Assembly: GCA_051867615.1 (NCBI GenBank)
Contig: JBJDYU010000013.1
Coordinates: 4,863 to 68,862, forward strand
Reading direction: 5' to 3'
Length of the DNA: 64,000 nt
Source of the DNA: Oscillospiraceae bacterium
Lineage (GTDB): Bacteria > Bacillota > Clostridia > Oscillospirales > Oscillospiraceae
In this document: positions 8,770 through 18,285 of the stretch, piece after piece
How the letters are laid out: each line of letters starts with the position of its first letter
Position numbering within the stretch: the first letter of the stretch is position 1
Program-made: the position numbers and the translations under genes
The notes under the pieces: model-generated
Told to the model about the DNA's origin: nothing
What the model saw: only the letters and a program-made list of their open reading frames with translations
Databases searched by the model: none

Positions 8770-10026
8770 TCACGCCTCCTTCCCGGTGAGGAAATACACC
8801 GTGTCCAGGCGCACGGTCTGTGCCGCGGCCATGATGCGTTCCTTCGTCGCCGCCTCCAGGGCGGACAGGTACTCCTCCAGCGTCGCGTCCGTGCCGCCGG
8901 CGCTCTCGCCGAGGGTGAAATCCTCCAGCCGGCTCTGGGAGTCGGCCATGGTGAGGAAGGCGTTGCGCATGGTGCTGCGGGCGCCGGGCAGCTCCCACTC
9001 CTCCAGCTCGAAGCGCTGCACCGCCTCCAGCTGCGCCATGATCTCGTCATAGGCCCGCTGGAAGTTCTGGAATTCCACGCCGGAGGACACGGTGACCAGG
9101 CCCTTGCTCCGGTGATAGCCGGAGGAGGCGTAGTAGCAGAGCGAGAGCTTCTCCCGCACGTTCATAAAGAGCTTCGAATTGGAGGAACCGCCAAAGAGGG
9201 TGTTCGCCAGGATCATGGCGGGCACGTCCTCCGCCGTGCAGGAAAAGCCCATGGCGAGCTTTCCCTGGGTCACGTCCATACGCTCGGTGATGCGCCGCAC
9301 CTCCGCTCGCGGCGCGTGGGGCAGCACCGGCGGCAGCGTCAGCAGCGCCGCGCGCGGGAGCGCTCGCAGGGCATGGCGCAGCGCCGCCTCCACCCTTTCC
9401 CGTGGAGCGCTGCCGCAGTAAAACAGCTCAAGGGGCGCGGTCTGCAGCACCTCCTGCCAGCGGGCAAGCAGCCCCTCCGGCGTTACGGCCTCCACCGCTT
9501 CCTCCTCCCGGGAAAGGCCGTAAGGCTCTCCCGCGCAAAGCTCCTGCATCAGGCGGAAATCCGCCCACTCTTTCTTATTGTTGATGCGGCTGCGGATGGC
9601 GTCCAGCAGGTTGTCCTTTTCCTGGCGCACATAGTCCGGGCGGAACACGCCGTTTTCCCGCGCCGGGCGCAGCAGCAGCTCGCCCAGCAGCTCCGCCACC
9701 GGCTCCAGCAGCTTCTCCCCGCCGGGGGTGTAGGCGTCGTCGATGAAGCTCGCCACGAAGCCGAAGCAGCAGCGCTCCGACTTGCGGCGGAAGGCCGGGC
9801 TGATCTGCGCGCCGTACAGCAGGTCCAGCGCTTCGCTGACCTGCTTCATGTCCGGATAGCGCTCGCAGCCCCGGCGCAGCACCGCGCCCAGCAGCGAATC
9901 CGCCTCCAGCGTCTCCTTTTGCAGCGGCAGCACGAAATTCGCGCTGAGCATCCCGGTCTTGAATTTCCCCGAGGGCAGATAGCTCAGCCGCACGCCCTGC
10001 GCCAGCTGCGTCCGAATCAGTTCCAT
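8770..10026 (-). CDS. M16-family peptidase paralog lacking HxxEH (probable non-catalytic partner)
   Basis: Insulinase-like fold pattern with no HxxEH motif. ATG at 10026 (MELIRTQLAQG) follows AAGGAG. Confidence 0.78.
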   Translation of the reverse strand: MELIRTQLAQGVRLSYLPSGKFKTGMLSANFVLPLQKETLEADSLLGAVLRRGCERYPDMKQVSEALDLLYGAQISPAFRRKSERCCFGFVASFIDDAYTPGGEKLLEPVAELLGELLLRPARENGVFRPDYVRQEKDNLLDAIRSRINNKKEWADFRLMQELCAGEPYGLSREEEAVEAVTPEGLLARWQEVLQTAPLELFYCGSAPRERVEAALRHALRALPRAALLTLPPVLPHAPRAEVRRITERMDVTQGKLAMGFSCTAEDVPAMILANTLFGGSSNSKLFMNVREKLSLCYYASSGYHRSKGLVTVSSGVEFQNFQRAYDEIMAQLEAVQRFELEEWELPGARSTMRNAFLTMADSQSRLEDFTLGESAGGTDATLEEYLSALEAATKERIMAAAQTVRLDTVYFLTGKEA

Positions 10027-10176
10027 GCAAATCTCCTTCGTAAGTAAGCAGTCATATTTAGCTGTATTATACGCCGCCTTGCCCCGTTTTTCCATAGATA
10101 TTTTATAAACAAGCCCCTCTTTCTCCGTTTCCGCCACATATTTTCAAAATGCCGCCGGATTTTCGAGCAATTCTTA

Positions 10177-10205
10177 TTGACTTTTCGGAAAAAATCCTGT
10201 AAGAT
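10177..10205 (+). promoter_or_regulatory. Sigma-70-type promoter for ylxM-ffh
   Basis: TTGACT, 17-nt spacer ending in TG, then TAAGAT. Confidence 0.5.
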
Positions 10206-10261
10206 AGTTGTCGTTGTAAAGTGATTCAGCTTTACAACAAGACGGTAAAGGGGGCGTTTCC

Positions 10262-10627
10262 ATGAAAAATCAGACCTACCGCATGACCATGCTCTATGAT
10301 TTTTACGGGGAGCTGCTCACCGACCGGCAGAAGGAATTTTACGACCTGTACTACAACAACGACCTTTCCCTCGCGGAGATCGCGGAGAATTACGGCATCT
10401 CCCGCCAGGGCGTGCGGGACGTTATCGTCCGGGCGGAGGGCATCCTCACCGAGATGGAGGACAAGACCGGCCTTGTCAAGCGCTTCCTCCATATGCGCCA
10501 GCATCTGGACCGCATCGAGGCCGCCGCCGGCGAGATCAGGCAGATCAACTACCGGCAGTATGAGAATCCGCGCATCGGCGACCTGGCCGAGCAGATCCTC
10601 AGCGCCGCCCAGTCTTTGAAGGAATGA
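10262..10627 (+). CDS. ylxM: YlxM/UPF0122 helix-turn-helix protein (SRP-associated)
   Basis: LYDFYGELLTDRQKEFYDLYYNNDLSLAEIAENYGISRQGV. Immediately upstream of ffh. Confidence 0.88.
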   Translation: MKNQTYRMTMLYDFYGELLTDRQKEFYDLYYNNDLSLAEIAENYGISRQGVRDVIVRAEGILTEMEDKTGLVKRFLHMRQHLDRIEAAAGEIRQINYRQYENPRIGDLAEQILSAAQSLKE

Positions 10628-10631
10628 GAAC

Positions 10632-12011
<1,380 letters not shown>

Positions 12012-12084
12012 ACGGGTACATTAAGTGCAACGGCGCATTTATTGTATATAAAGTATGATATATTAAATTTTGGAGGAACAAAAC

Positions 12085-12324
12085 ATGGTTAAGATCAGAC
12101 TGAGAAGAATGGGCGCCAAGAAGGCTCCTTACTACCGCGTGGTCGTGGCTGACTCCCGCTTCCCCCGCGACGGCCGCTTCATCGAGGAGCTGGGCGTTTA
12201 CAATCCCTGCGTCTCTCCCGCCGAGGTGAAGATCGACGCCGACCGCGCCCGCGAGTGGATCAAGTCCGGCGCGCAGCCCACCGACACCGTCCGCGCCCTG
12301 CTGAAGAAGGTCGACGTCCTTTAA
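12085..12324 (+). CDS. rpsP: 30S ribosomal protein S16
   Basis: [30 protein letters not shown] at 12072-12076. The track TTG at 12070 sits inside the RBS. Confidence 0.95.
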   Translation: MVKIRLRRMGAKKAPYYRVVVADSRFPRDGRFIEELGVYNPCVSPAEVKIDADRAREWIKSGAQPTDTVRALLKKVDVL

Positions 12325-12341
12325 TCGCGGGGGAGCAGCTC

Positions 12342-12572
12342 ATGAAAGACTTGCTTCTCTACATCGCGCGAAACCTGGTAGAGAACCCTGACGCCGTCAC
12401 CGTCACCGAGGTGCAGGGCGATCAGGAGCTGACGCTGGAGCTGCGTGTCGCCCCGGAGGACATGGGCAAGGTCATCGGCCGTCAGGGCCGCATTGCAAAA
12501 GAGATCCGGACGCTCATCCGTTCTTACGCCCAGCGCACCGGCGTCAAGGTTTCCGTGGATATCGTAGACTGA
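12342..12572 (+). CDS. khpA: KH-domain RNA-binding protein (YlqC/KhpA type)
   Basis: MKDLLLYIARNLVENPDAV...GKVIGRQGRIAKEIRTL. Conserved position after rpsP. Confidence 0.8.
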   Translation: MKDLLLYIARNLVENPDAVTVTEVQGDQELTLELRVAPEDMGKVIGRQGRIAKEIRTLIRSYAQRTGVKVSVDIVD

Positions 12573-12637
12573 AGATCGAAACAGCACGCGTCGAAAGCCG
12601 CGTGCTGTTCTCTTTCCGCCCTTCCGGCAAAAAGGAA

Positions 12638-12680
12638 GCGGCGGCTCCGGGTTTCCGGAGCCGCCGCGTTTTTCCTTTTC
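12638..12680. terminator. Bidirectional terminator between khpA and the lipoate module
   Basis: GCGGCGGCTCCGG-GTTT-CCGGAGCCGCCGC flanked by AAAAAGG on one side and GTTTTTCCTTTT on the other. A second hairpin lies at 12581-12608. Confidence 0.7.
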
Positions 12681-13661
12681 TCAGGAAAACATGGTCTCCA
12701 CCATATTTTCCGCCGTGATGCCGTAGACCGCCTCGTCCATTCCGTGGGCGAGCAGCGCCTGACGCACGGCCTCCCGCTCAAAGCGGCAGCCCAGCAGGGC
12801 GTCCGCCAGGCCGTCCGCCTGGGCTGTGCCGAAGAAATCGCCGCTGACATGAGCCGCGGCGATCTCGCCGCGCCGGATGTCGAGCCGGAACTCGATCTTG
12901 CCGCCGGCAAAGCGCCCGGTTTTCGTCAGGCTGCACTTGGGGTTCGCGCCGTAACGGCGCTCCCAGGGGCGGAAGAACTCGTCCGCCAGACGCTGGCACT
13001 CCCGCTTATCCTCCTCCGTCAGCTCGTAGCGCTTCTCGCTGCCGCGCATGATGTAGGAGATCATGTGGCGCTTGAACTCCTCCGCGCTGATGGGCCGGGG
13101 CAGATGCTCGCTGATATTGGTGACCCGGTCCCGCACGGATTTGATGCTCTTGGAGATGATCTTGTAATCGTCCACCGTGGTGCTGCGCACCATCTGCTCG
13201 ATATCCGTGGCGAACAGCAGCGAGCCGTGGTGGACCGTGTTCCCGGCCAGCTTATACTGGGCGTTGCCGGAGAATTTCTTACCCTCGATGAGCAGGTCGT
13301 TGCGGCCGTTGAACTCTGCCGGGACGCCCAGCGCCCGCAGAGCCTCCACCACCGGGGAGATAAACTCCTGAAAATGGATCTCCTCCCCGCCGCCGTACTC
13401 GATAAAAGTGAACTGCCAGCCGCCGGGATCGGTATAGATCGTGCCGCCGCCGCTCATGCGGCGGACCACCTGAATGCCGTGGGACTCGGCGTAGGCCTGG
13501 TCGATCTCCTCCAGCGTGTTCTGATACTTTCCCACCATGAGCGTGGGCTGCGTGCGCCAGAAAAGGAACACCGGCTCCGCGAGCTGCTTCACGGCAGTGA
13601 AATAATACTCCAGACCGAAGTTGAAAAACGCGTCGGTGGAGCCGGTCTCGATGTAGATCAT
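12681..13661 (-). CDS. Lipoate-protein ligase A family protein (with LplA C-terminal domain)
   Basis: MIYIETGSTDAFFNFGLEYYF, RRMSGGGTIYTD, KFSGNAQYK. ATGA overlap with the lipA stop. Confidence 0.88.
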   Translation of the reverse strand: MIYIETGSTDAFFNFGLEYYFTAVKQLAEPVFLFWRTQPTLMVGKYQNTLEEIDQAYAESHGIQVVRRMSGGGTIYTDPGGWQFTFIEYGGGEEIHFQEFISPVVEALRALGVPAEFNGRNDLLIEGKKFSGNAQYKLAGNTVHHGSLLFATDIEQMVRSTTVDDYKIISKSIKSVRDRVTNISEHLPRPISAEEFKRHMISYIMRGSEKRYELTEEDKRECQRLADEFFRPWERRYGANPKCSLTKTGRFAGGKIEFRLDIRRGEIAAAHVSGDFFGTAQADGLADALLGCRFEREAVRQALLAHGMDEAVYGITAENMVETMFS

Positions 13662-14539
13662 TCCGCCGCCGCCTTTCCGCCCTGCGCCGCCTCCAGCGCT
13701 TCCGCCGCCCGGTAGGAGGAACGCACCAGCGGGCTGCTGGCCACGAAGCGGAAGCCCTTTTGCAGGGCAACGGCCTTCCACCGGTCAAACTCCTCCGGCG
13801 TCACATAACGGTCCAGGGGCCAGTGCTGGCCGGTGGGCTGGAGGTACTGGCTGATGGTCAGGATGTCGCAGCCCGTGGCGCGGATATCGTCCATCAGCAC
13901 GTCCACCTGCGCGTCCGTCTCCCCCAGGCCCAGCATGAAGCCGGTCTTGGTGAGAATATCCGGCGCGAACTTCTTGCTGTCGGAGAGGACCTTCAGCGAG
14001 CGCTCATAGATGGCCTGGGGACGGACGGAGGAGTACAGCTCCTTCACCATCTCCACGTTGTGGTTCATCACGTCGGGCCGGGCCTCCAGCACGGTCCGCA
14101 GGGCCTCCTCGCTGCCCTTGAGGTCGGAGATCAGCACCTCTACGGTGGTGCCGGGGCAGGTCTTCTTCACCGCCCGGACCACGGCGGCCATGTGGGCCGC
14201 GCCGCCGTCCGGCAGGTCGTCCCGGGTGACCTGTGTCACCACCACATGGCGCAGCCCCAGCTTTTTCGCCACCTCCGCCACATGGCCCGGCTCCTCCGCA
14301 TCCAGCGGCTGGGGTCTGCCGCAGGTGACGTTGCAGAAGCGGCAGTTGCGGGTGCACTGGCTGCCCATGACCATGAAGGTGGCGGTGTGCTTCTGGTAGC
14401 ACTCCCCCAAATTGGGGCAGTTGGCCTCCTTGCAGACGGTGTTGAGCTTCAGGTCCTTCATCAGCCGGGCCACTTCCTCCACCGCTTCCTGGTTATAGGG
14501 CACTCTCAGCCAATCCGGCTTTCTCTGCTTCGTCGCCAT
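13658..14539 (-). CDS. lipA: Lipoyl synthase (radical SAM)
   Basis: CKEANCPNLGEC and CTRNCRFC cluster motifs. Confidence 0.95.
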   Translation of the reverse strand: MATKQRKPDWLRVPYNQEAVEEVARLMKDLKLNTVCKEANCPNLGECYQKHTATFMVMGSQCTRNCRFCNVTCGRPQPLDAEEPGHVAEVAKKLGLRHVVVTQVTRDDLPDGGAAHMAAVVRAVKKTCPGTTVEVLISDLKGSEEALRTVLEARPDVMNHNVEMVKELYSSVRPQAIYERSLKVLSDSKKFAPDILTKTGFMLGLGETDAQVDVLMDDIRATGCDILTISQYLQPTGQHWPLDRYVTPEEFDRWKAVALQKGFRFVASSPLVRSSYRAAEALEAAQGGKAAAE

Positions 14540-14541
14540 GC

Positions 14542-14778
14542 TTACCGCTCCACCTCTGCGATGGGCGCGCCCACGGCGACCTCGTCGCCCTCCTCCACCA
14601 GCTGGCGGCCCATGACGCCGTCCCGGTCGGCCTCCACCTGATTGACTACCTTCTCCGTCTCGATCTCATAGATCGGCTCGCCCTTCTTAAACGCCTCGCC
14701 CGGCTCCTTCAGCCAGGCGCACAGGCTGCCGCGCTCCATCTCCGGGCGCAGCTTCGGCATTCTCAGCTCCTCTTTCAT
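14542..14778 (-). CDS. Stand-alone lipoyl-attachment domain protein (E2-like, 78 aa)
   Basis: MPKLRPEMERGSLCAWLK...GEPIYEIETEKVVNQVEA resembles the E2 lipoyl-domain IETDK motif. AGGAGG RBS. Confidence 0.75.
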   Translation of the reverse strand: MKEELRMPKLRPEMERGSLCAWLKEPGEAFKKGEPIYEIETEKVVNQVEADRDGVMGRQLVEEGDEVAVGAPIAEVER

Positions 14779-14790
14779 AATAAACTCCTC

Positions 14791-15729
14791 CTAAAAAAGA
14801 TAGAGATACAGTTCTTCATAGCCGGGTAAGTACCGCAAAAGGGCGCGAAGCTCCGTAAGCTCCAGCCGCCGGCCCGTCAGCGCCTCGCTCAGCGCCGGCT
14901 CCGGCGGGTCGAAAGAGATCTCGCGGATCACGCCCTTATTCGCCTGATACGCCACCTGCCGCTCCGCGCCATGCAGCGTGAAGCGCCGCCGGTAGGTAAA
15001 GGCCGGGCTTTTGCCGAAGTTCCACTCCCAGCTGCGGTACTTGCTCTCCGCAAGCTCCCGTACCTGCCGCTCCTCCTCCGCCGTCAGGCGGTAGGTCTCG
15101 ATGCCTCCATTCTCTCCCAAAGCCTCCAGCAGCCGCTGCTGGAACTGCCCGACAGAGAGTGACCGGTCCTCCATATGCTCGATCATGTTCGTCACCGGCC
15201 AGGGCACCGAGGGCACGCCCTTGCTCTCGAAGAAAGCCCGGCGGCCGTTGGCGAGCGCGGTCAGTTCCCCCAGGGCGGTGCTGTACAGCAGCGTGCCGTG
15301 GTGCAGCACGCGGCCCTTCACCACCCGCTGGGCGCTGCCGGAGACCTTGAGCCCGTCGACGGCGATATCGCTGGTGCGGTTGACGGAGGCGGGGACGCCC
15401 ACGCGGCGCAGCGCCGCCACCACGGGCCTTAAAAAGCTCTCATACTCCACCCGCTCCGCGTCGCAGCTGCGGATGAGGGTGTAATTCAGGTTCCCCAGGT
15501 CGTGAAAGACGGTTCCGCCGCCGGAGGGCCGCCGCACCACCGCCACGCCCCGCGCAAGGGCCTCGGGGACGCTCACCTCCGCGAACACGTTCTGATAACA
15601 GCCGCAGACCACCGCCGGGGCGCTGCGCCACAGCAGCAGCACATCCTCTCCGCGGATGGTGTTGAACACAAACTCCTCGAAGGCCTGGTTGTAATAGGGG
15701 TCATGGGATGGATTCGGTATGTACAGCAA
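14791..15729 (-). CDS. Second lipoate-protein ligase A family paralog
   Basis: YIPNPSHDPYYNQAFEEFVF, RRPSGGGTVFHD, KVSGSAQR. Proposed TTG start at 15729, 5 nt after GGAGG. The frame stays open to 15822. Confidence 0.75.
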   Translation of the reverse strand: MLYIPNPSHDPYYNQAFEEFVFNTIRGEDVLLLWRSAPAVVCGCYQNVFAEVSVPEALARGVAVVRRPSGGGTVFHDLGNLNYTLIRSCDAERVEYESFLRPVVAALRRVGVPASVNRTSDIAVDGLKVSGSAQRVVKGRVLHHGTLLYSTALGELTALANGRRAFFESKGVPSVPWPVTNMIEHMEDRSLSVGQFQQRLLEALGENGGIETYRLTAEEERQVRELAESKYRSWEWNFGKSPAFTYRRRFTLHGAERQVAYQANKGVIREISFDPPEPALSEALTGRRLELTELRALLRYLPGYEELYLYLF

Positions 15730-15890
15730 CGCGGCCTCCGCTCTCTTTCCTGTGGATTTTTCCGGCCCTTTGGGCCTGTCCGCCCGATGGCTTTTCTGAA
15801 AAATGATAGCACCTGACGGCAAGGTTTGTCAACTGCGAGAACGCGCCGCCCCGGCAGCGGAAAAGCGGGCCAAGCGCGGAGAAAAGGCTG

Positions 15891-15919
15891 TTGCCGAACC
15901 GCGCCGTTTCTGGTATGAT
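15891..15919 (+). promoter_or_regulatory. Promoter for rimM-trmD
   Basis: TTGCCG, 17 nt, TATGAT. Confidence 0.5.
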
Positions 15920-15971
15920 GAGTTATATTTAATGTGTACTTTGATTCTGATACGGCAAAGGAGGACGCGCC

Positions 15972-16490
15972 ATGCGTCTGGAACTCATTGAAGTGGGGCA
16001 GATCGTCAATACCCACGGTGTCCGCGGGGAGATGAAGCTGCACCCTGTGGGCGGCTTTACGCCGGAATTCATCGCGGGCTTCAAAACCCTCTATATCGAC
16101 GGCATCGCCATGGAGACCGCCAGCCGCCGCGTCCACGGCACGGTGGTGCTGGTGACCTTCCCGGGGGTGACGGACATGGACGGAGCGCTGCGCTTCAAGG
16201 GCAAGTTCGTCTCCATCCGCCGGAAGGACGCAAAGCTGAAGCGCGGCGAATACTTCGACGCGGAGCTCATCGGCACCAAGGTGCTGAGCTATCCCCTGCG
16301 GCAGGAGGTGGGCACGCTGACGGAGGTTTTGACCTATCCCGCCCACAAGCTCTACCAGGTGGAGAACGAAAAGAAGCACAAGAAGTACCTCATTCCCGCG
16401 GTGCAGGACATCTTCATCGTGGACACGGATATCGACGAGGGCACCATGCTGGTGCGCATGATGGAGGGGCTGGAAACCGATGAGAATTGA
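15972..16490 (+). CDS. rimM: 16S rRNA processing protein RimM
   Basis: IEVGQIVNTHGVRGEMKL and a PRC-barrel C-terminus. Overlaps the trmD start. Confidence 0.92.
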   Translation: MRLELIEVGQIVNTHGVRGEMKLHPVGGFTPEFIAGFKTLYIDGIAMETASRRVHGTVVLVTFPGVTDMDGALRFKGKFVSIRRKDAKLKRGEYFDAELIGTKVLSYPLRQEVGTLTEVLTYPAHKLYQVENEKKHKKYLIPAVQDIFIVDTDIDEGTMLVRMMEGLETDEN

Positions 16491-17316
16491 CATCTGTACC
16501 CTCTTTCCCGACTCGGTGGACGCCATGCTGAACGTGAGCATTCTGGGCCGGGCGCAGCAGCGGGGCCACATCGTCATCCGCACCCACCAGATCCGGGACT
16601 ACACCACCAACAAGCAGATGCAGGTGGACGACTACCCCTACGGCGGCGGGCGCGGCGCGGTGATGCAGGCGGACCCCCTCTACCGCTGCTGGAAGCACGT
16701 CGTCGAGGAGGCCGGCCCCGGCCGCACCATCTATATGTCCCCTTGCGGCCGCACCTTTACCCAGCAGGTGGCGAAGGAGCTGTACCGCAGCTACGACCAT
16801 TTCATCCTCATCTGCGGCCACTACGAGGGCGTGGACCAGCGCTTCATCGACGAGTGCGTGGACGAGGAGCTGTCCATCGGAGATTTCGTCCTCACCGGCG
16901 GCGAGATCCCCGCCATGGCGGTGGCGGACGCCCTCTGCCGCATGGCCCCCGGCGTGCTGCCGGAGGAGAGCTGCTACACCGAGGAATCCCACTGGGACGG
17001 GCTGCTGGAATACCCCCAGTACTCCCGGCCGGAGGAGTGGCACGGCCGCCGGGTGCCGGAGGTGCTGCTCAGCGGCCACCACGGCAACGTGGCGAACTGG
17101 CGGAAAAAGGAGAGCTATATCCGCACCATGCTGCGCAGGCCCGACCTCTTCGCCCGGTTCGACGAGAGCAGGCTCACCACCAAGGCGGAGCGCCGCCTGC
17201 TGGCGGAGGCCAAGGCGGAATACAGGGAGCGTCTCGCGGCGCAGACTGCGGAAAGCGCCGGACAGGCGGAGAATACGGAAGGAGCGGAAAACACGGAGAG
17301 CGCGGGAAAGGAGTAA
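16480..17316 (+). CDS. trmD: tRNA (guanine37-N1)-methyltransferase with low-complexity tail
   Basis: MRIDICTLFP, DDYPYGGGRGAVM, ICGHYEGVDQR. Tail has AENTEG/AENTES repeats. Confidence 0.95.
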   Translation: MRIDICTLFPDSVDAMLNVSILGRAQQRGHIVIRTHQIRDYTTNKQMQVDDYPYGGGRGAVMQADPLYRCWKHVVEEAGPGRTIYMSPCGRTFTQQVAKELYRSYDHFILICGHYEGVDQRFIDECVDEELSIGDFVLTGGEIPAMAVADALCRMAPGVLPEESCYTEESHWDGLLEYPQYSRPEEWHGRRVPEVLLSGHHGNVANWRKKESYIRTMLRRPDLFARFDESRLTTKAERRLLAEAKAEYRERLAAQTAESAGQAENTEGAENTESAGKE

Positions 17317-17318
17317 GC

Positions 17319-17891
17319 ATGGACATCATTTTCTACGGTCTGATCTTTCTTCTCATCGACATCCGCATCAACTACGTCAGCCTGATGCCGGCCTTCGTGG
17401 GCTACATCCTGATGTATGTCGGCCTGGGGAAGGTGCGGCACGAGAGCAGCCGCTTCGCCGCCCTGCGGCCCTGGTGTCTGGGCATGGCGGTCTATCGGGG
17501 CTGCCTCAACATTCTCAGCCTCTTAGGCTCCTTCGACGGCAACGGCACTGCCCTCCTCTCGAGCCTGATCAACACGGCGGCGGGCCTGTACATCCTCTAC
17601 CGGCTCGTCCAGGGCGTGGCGGAGACGGAGAGCCATTACCCCGGCGCGGAGCTGGAGGCAAAGACGCTGCGGCAGCGCTGGCAGTGGCTCCTCGCCGCCG
17701 ACGTGGTGCTGCTGCTCGCATTCATAGGCGCCGGAGCGTTTTTCACGCTGCTTGCGGCGCTGGCAGGCTTCACCGTGTCCGTACTGTTCCTCATGGCCTT
17801 CCACCGCTGCCGCCGGGCCTACGCCGCGGCGGTGAAAAAAGCGGCGGCGGACGGCGAGAACGCGGAACCCCAAGGGCCGGACGTGGAATGA
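17319..17891 (+). CDS. Hypothetical integral membrane protein
   Basis: MDIIFYGLIFLLIDIRINY... with about 5 hydrophobic segments. Starts 3 nt after the trmD stop. The track ORF 16743-17891 is a run-on through trmD. Confidence 0.6.
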   Translation: MDIIFYGLIFLLIDIRINYVSLMPAFVGYILMYVGLGKVRHESSRFAALRPWCLGMAVYRGCLNILSLLGSFDGNGTALLSSLINTAAGLYILYRLVQGVAETESHYPGAELEAKTLRQRWQWLLAADVVLLLAFIGAGAFFTLLAALAGFTVSVLFLMAFHRCRRAYAAAVKKAAADGENAEPQGPDVE

Positions 17892-17901
17892 TTTCTCCCT
17901 T

Positions 17902-17938
17902 CCCTGCCGGGCGCAGACGCACCCGGCAGGGCTTTTTT
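17902..17938 (+). terminator. Rho-independent terminator
   Basis: CCCTGCCGGG-N10-CCCGGCAGGG followed by CTTTTTT. Confidence 0.8.
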
Positions 17939-17990
17939 ATCCTGTCCGGAACAGTACAGGCCGCAGAGAAAAATATTTTTCCAAACCCTA

Positions 17991-18020
17991 TTGACAATTT
18001 TGCCGTAAGATGGATATAAT
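17991..18020 (+). promoter_or_regulatory. Near-consensus sigma-70 promoter driving the riboswitch and ATPase
   Basis: TTGACA (17991-17996), 18-nt spacer, TATAAT (18015-18020). Confidence 0.7.
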
Positions 18021-18035
18021 ACTTGGTACAATTTC

Positions 18036-18127
18036 CGTGAGGGAGTAGCGAGCGCGGCTTATCCGCGTAGCAAGTCAACATACCGATCGTTTTTCGGTCT
18101 GGCTTGTTTTAAATCGCGAGACTCATG
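18036..18127 (+). promoter_or_regulatory. yybP-ykoY-like Mn2+ riboswitch aptamer
   Basis: P1 CGUGAG/CUCAUG flanks the conserved GGAGUAGC. GUCAACAUAC and GCGAGAC resemble the family hallmarks GGGGAGUAGC, UUGACAUAC and AGCAAGAC. Confidence 0.65.
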
Positions 18128-18173
18128 TATAACTGCGAAGCTATACAGGGGTCTTTTCATAAATCTGTCAAAC

Positions 18174-18220
18174 AAGACCCGGTATAGCCTGCGTGGTTAT
18201 GCCTGGGTCTTTTCTTTTGC
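18174..18220 (+). terminator. Riboswitch expression-platform terminator
   Basis: AAGACCC (18174-18180) can pair with GGGTCTT at 18205-18211, followed by TTTCTTTTG (terminator). It can alternatively pair with GGGTCTT at 18148-18154 (antiterminator). Confidence 0.6.
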
Positions 18221-18285
18221 CCCGCGCCAAGGGGCGGCGTGTTCCCTCACCTTTGGATGCGTATATCAAACAGGGAGGTTTCTCG

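Noticed and set aside
17230-17316. Imperfect 18-nt tandem (AENTEG/AENTES) at the 3' end of trmD as a possible functional repeat
   Set aside because: Only two imperfect units in a low-complexity acidic tail. Most simply replication slippage in a non-conserved C-terminal extension.
16743-17318. First half of ORF 16743-17891 (382 aa)
   Set aside because: It lies out of frame inside trmD and is Arg/Pro/Gly-rich. Only the part from the ATG at 17319 has membrane-protein character and a sensible start.
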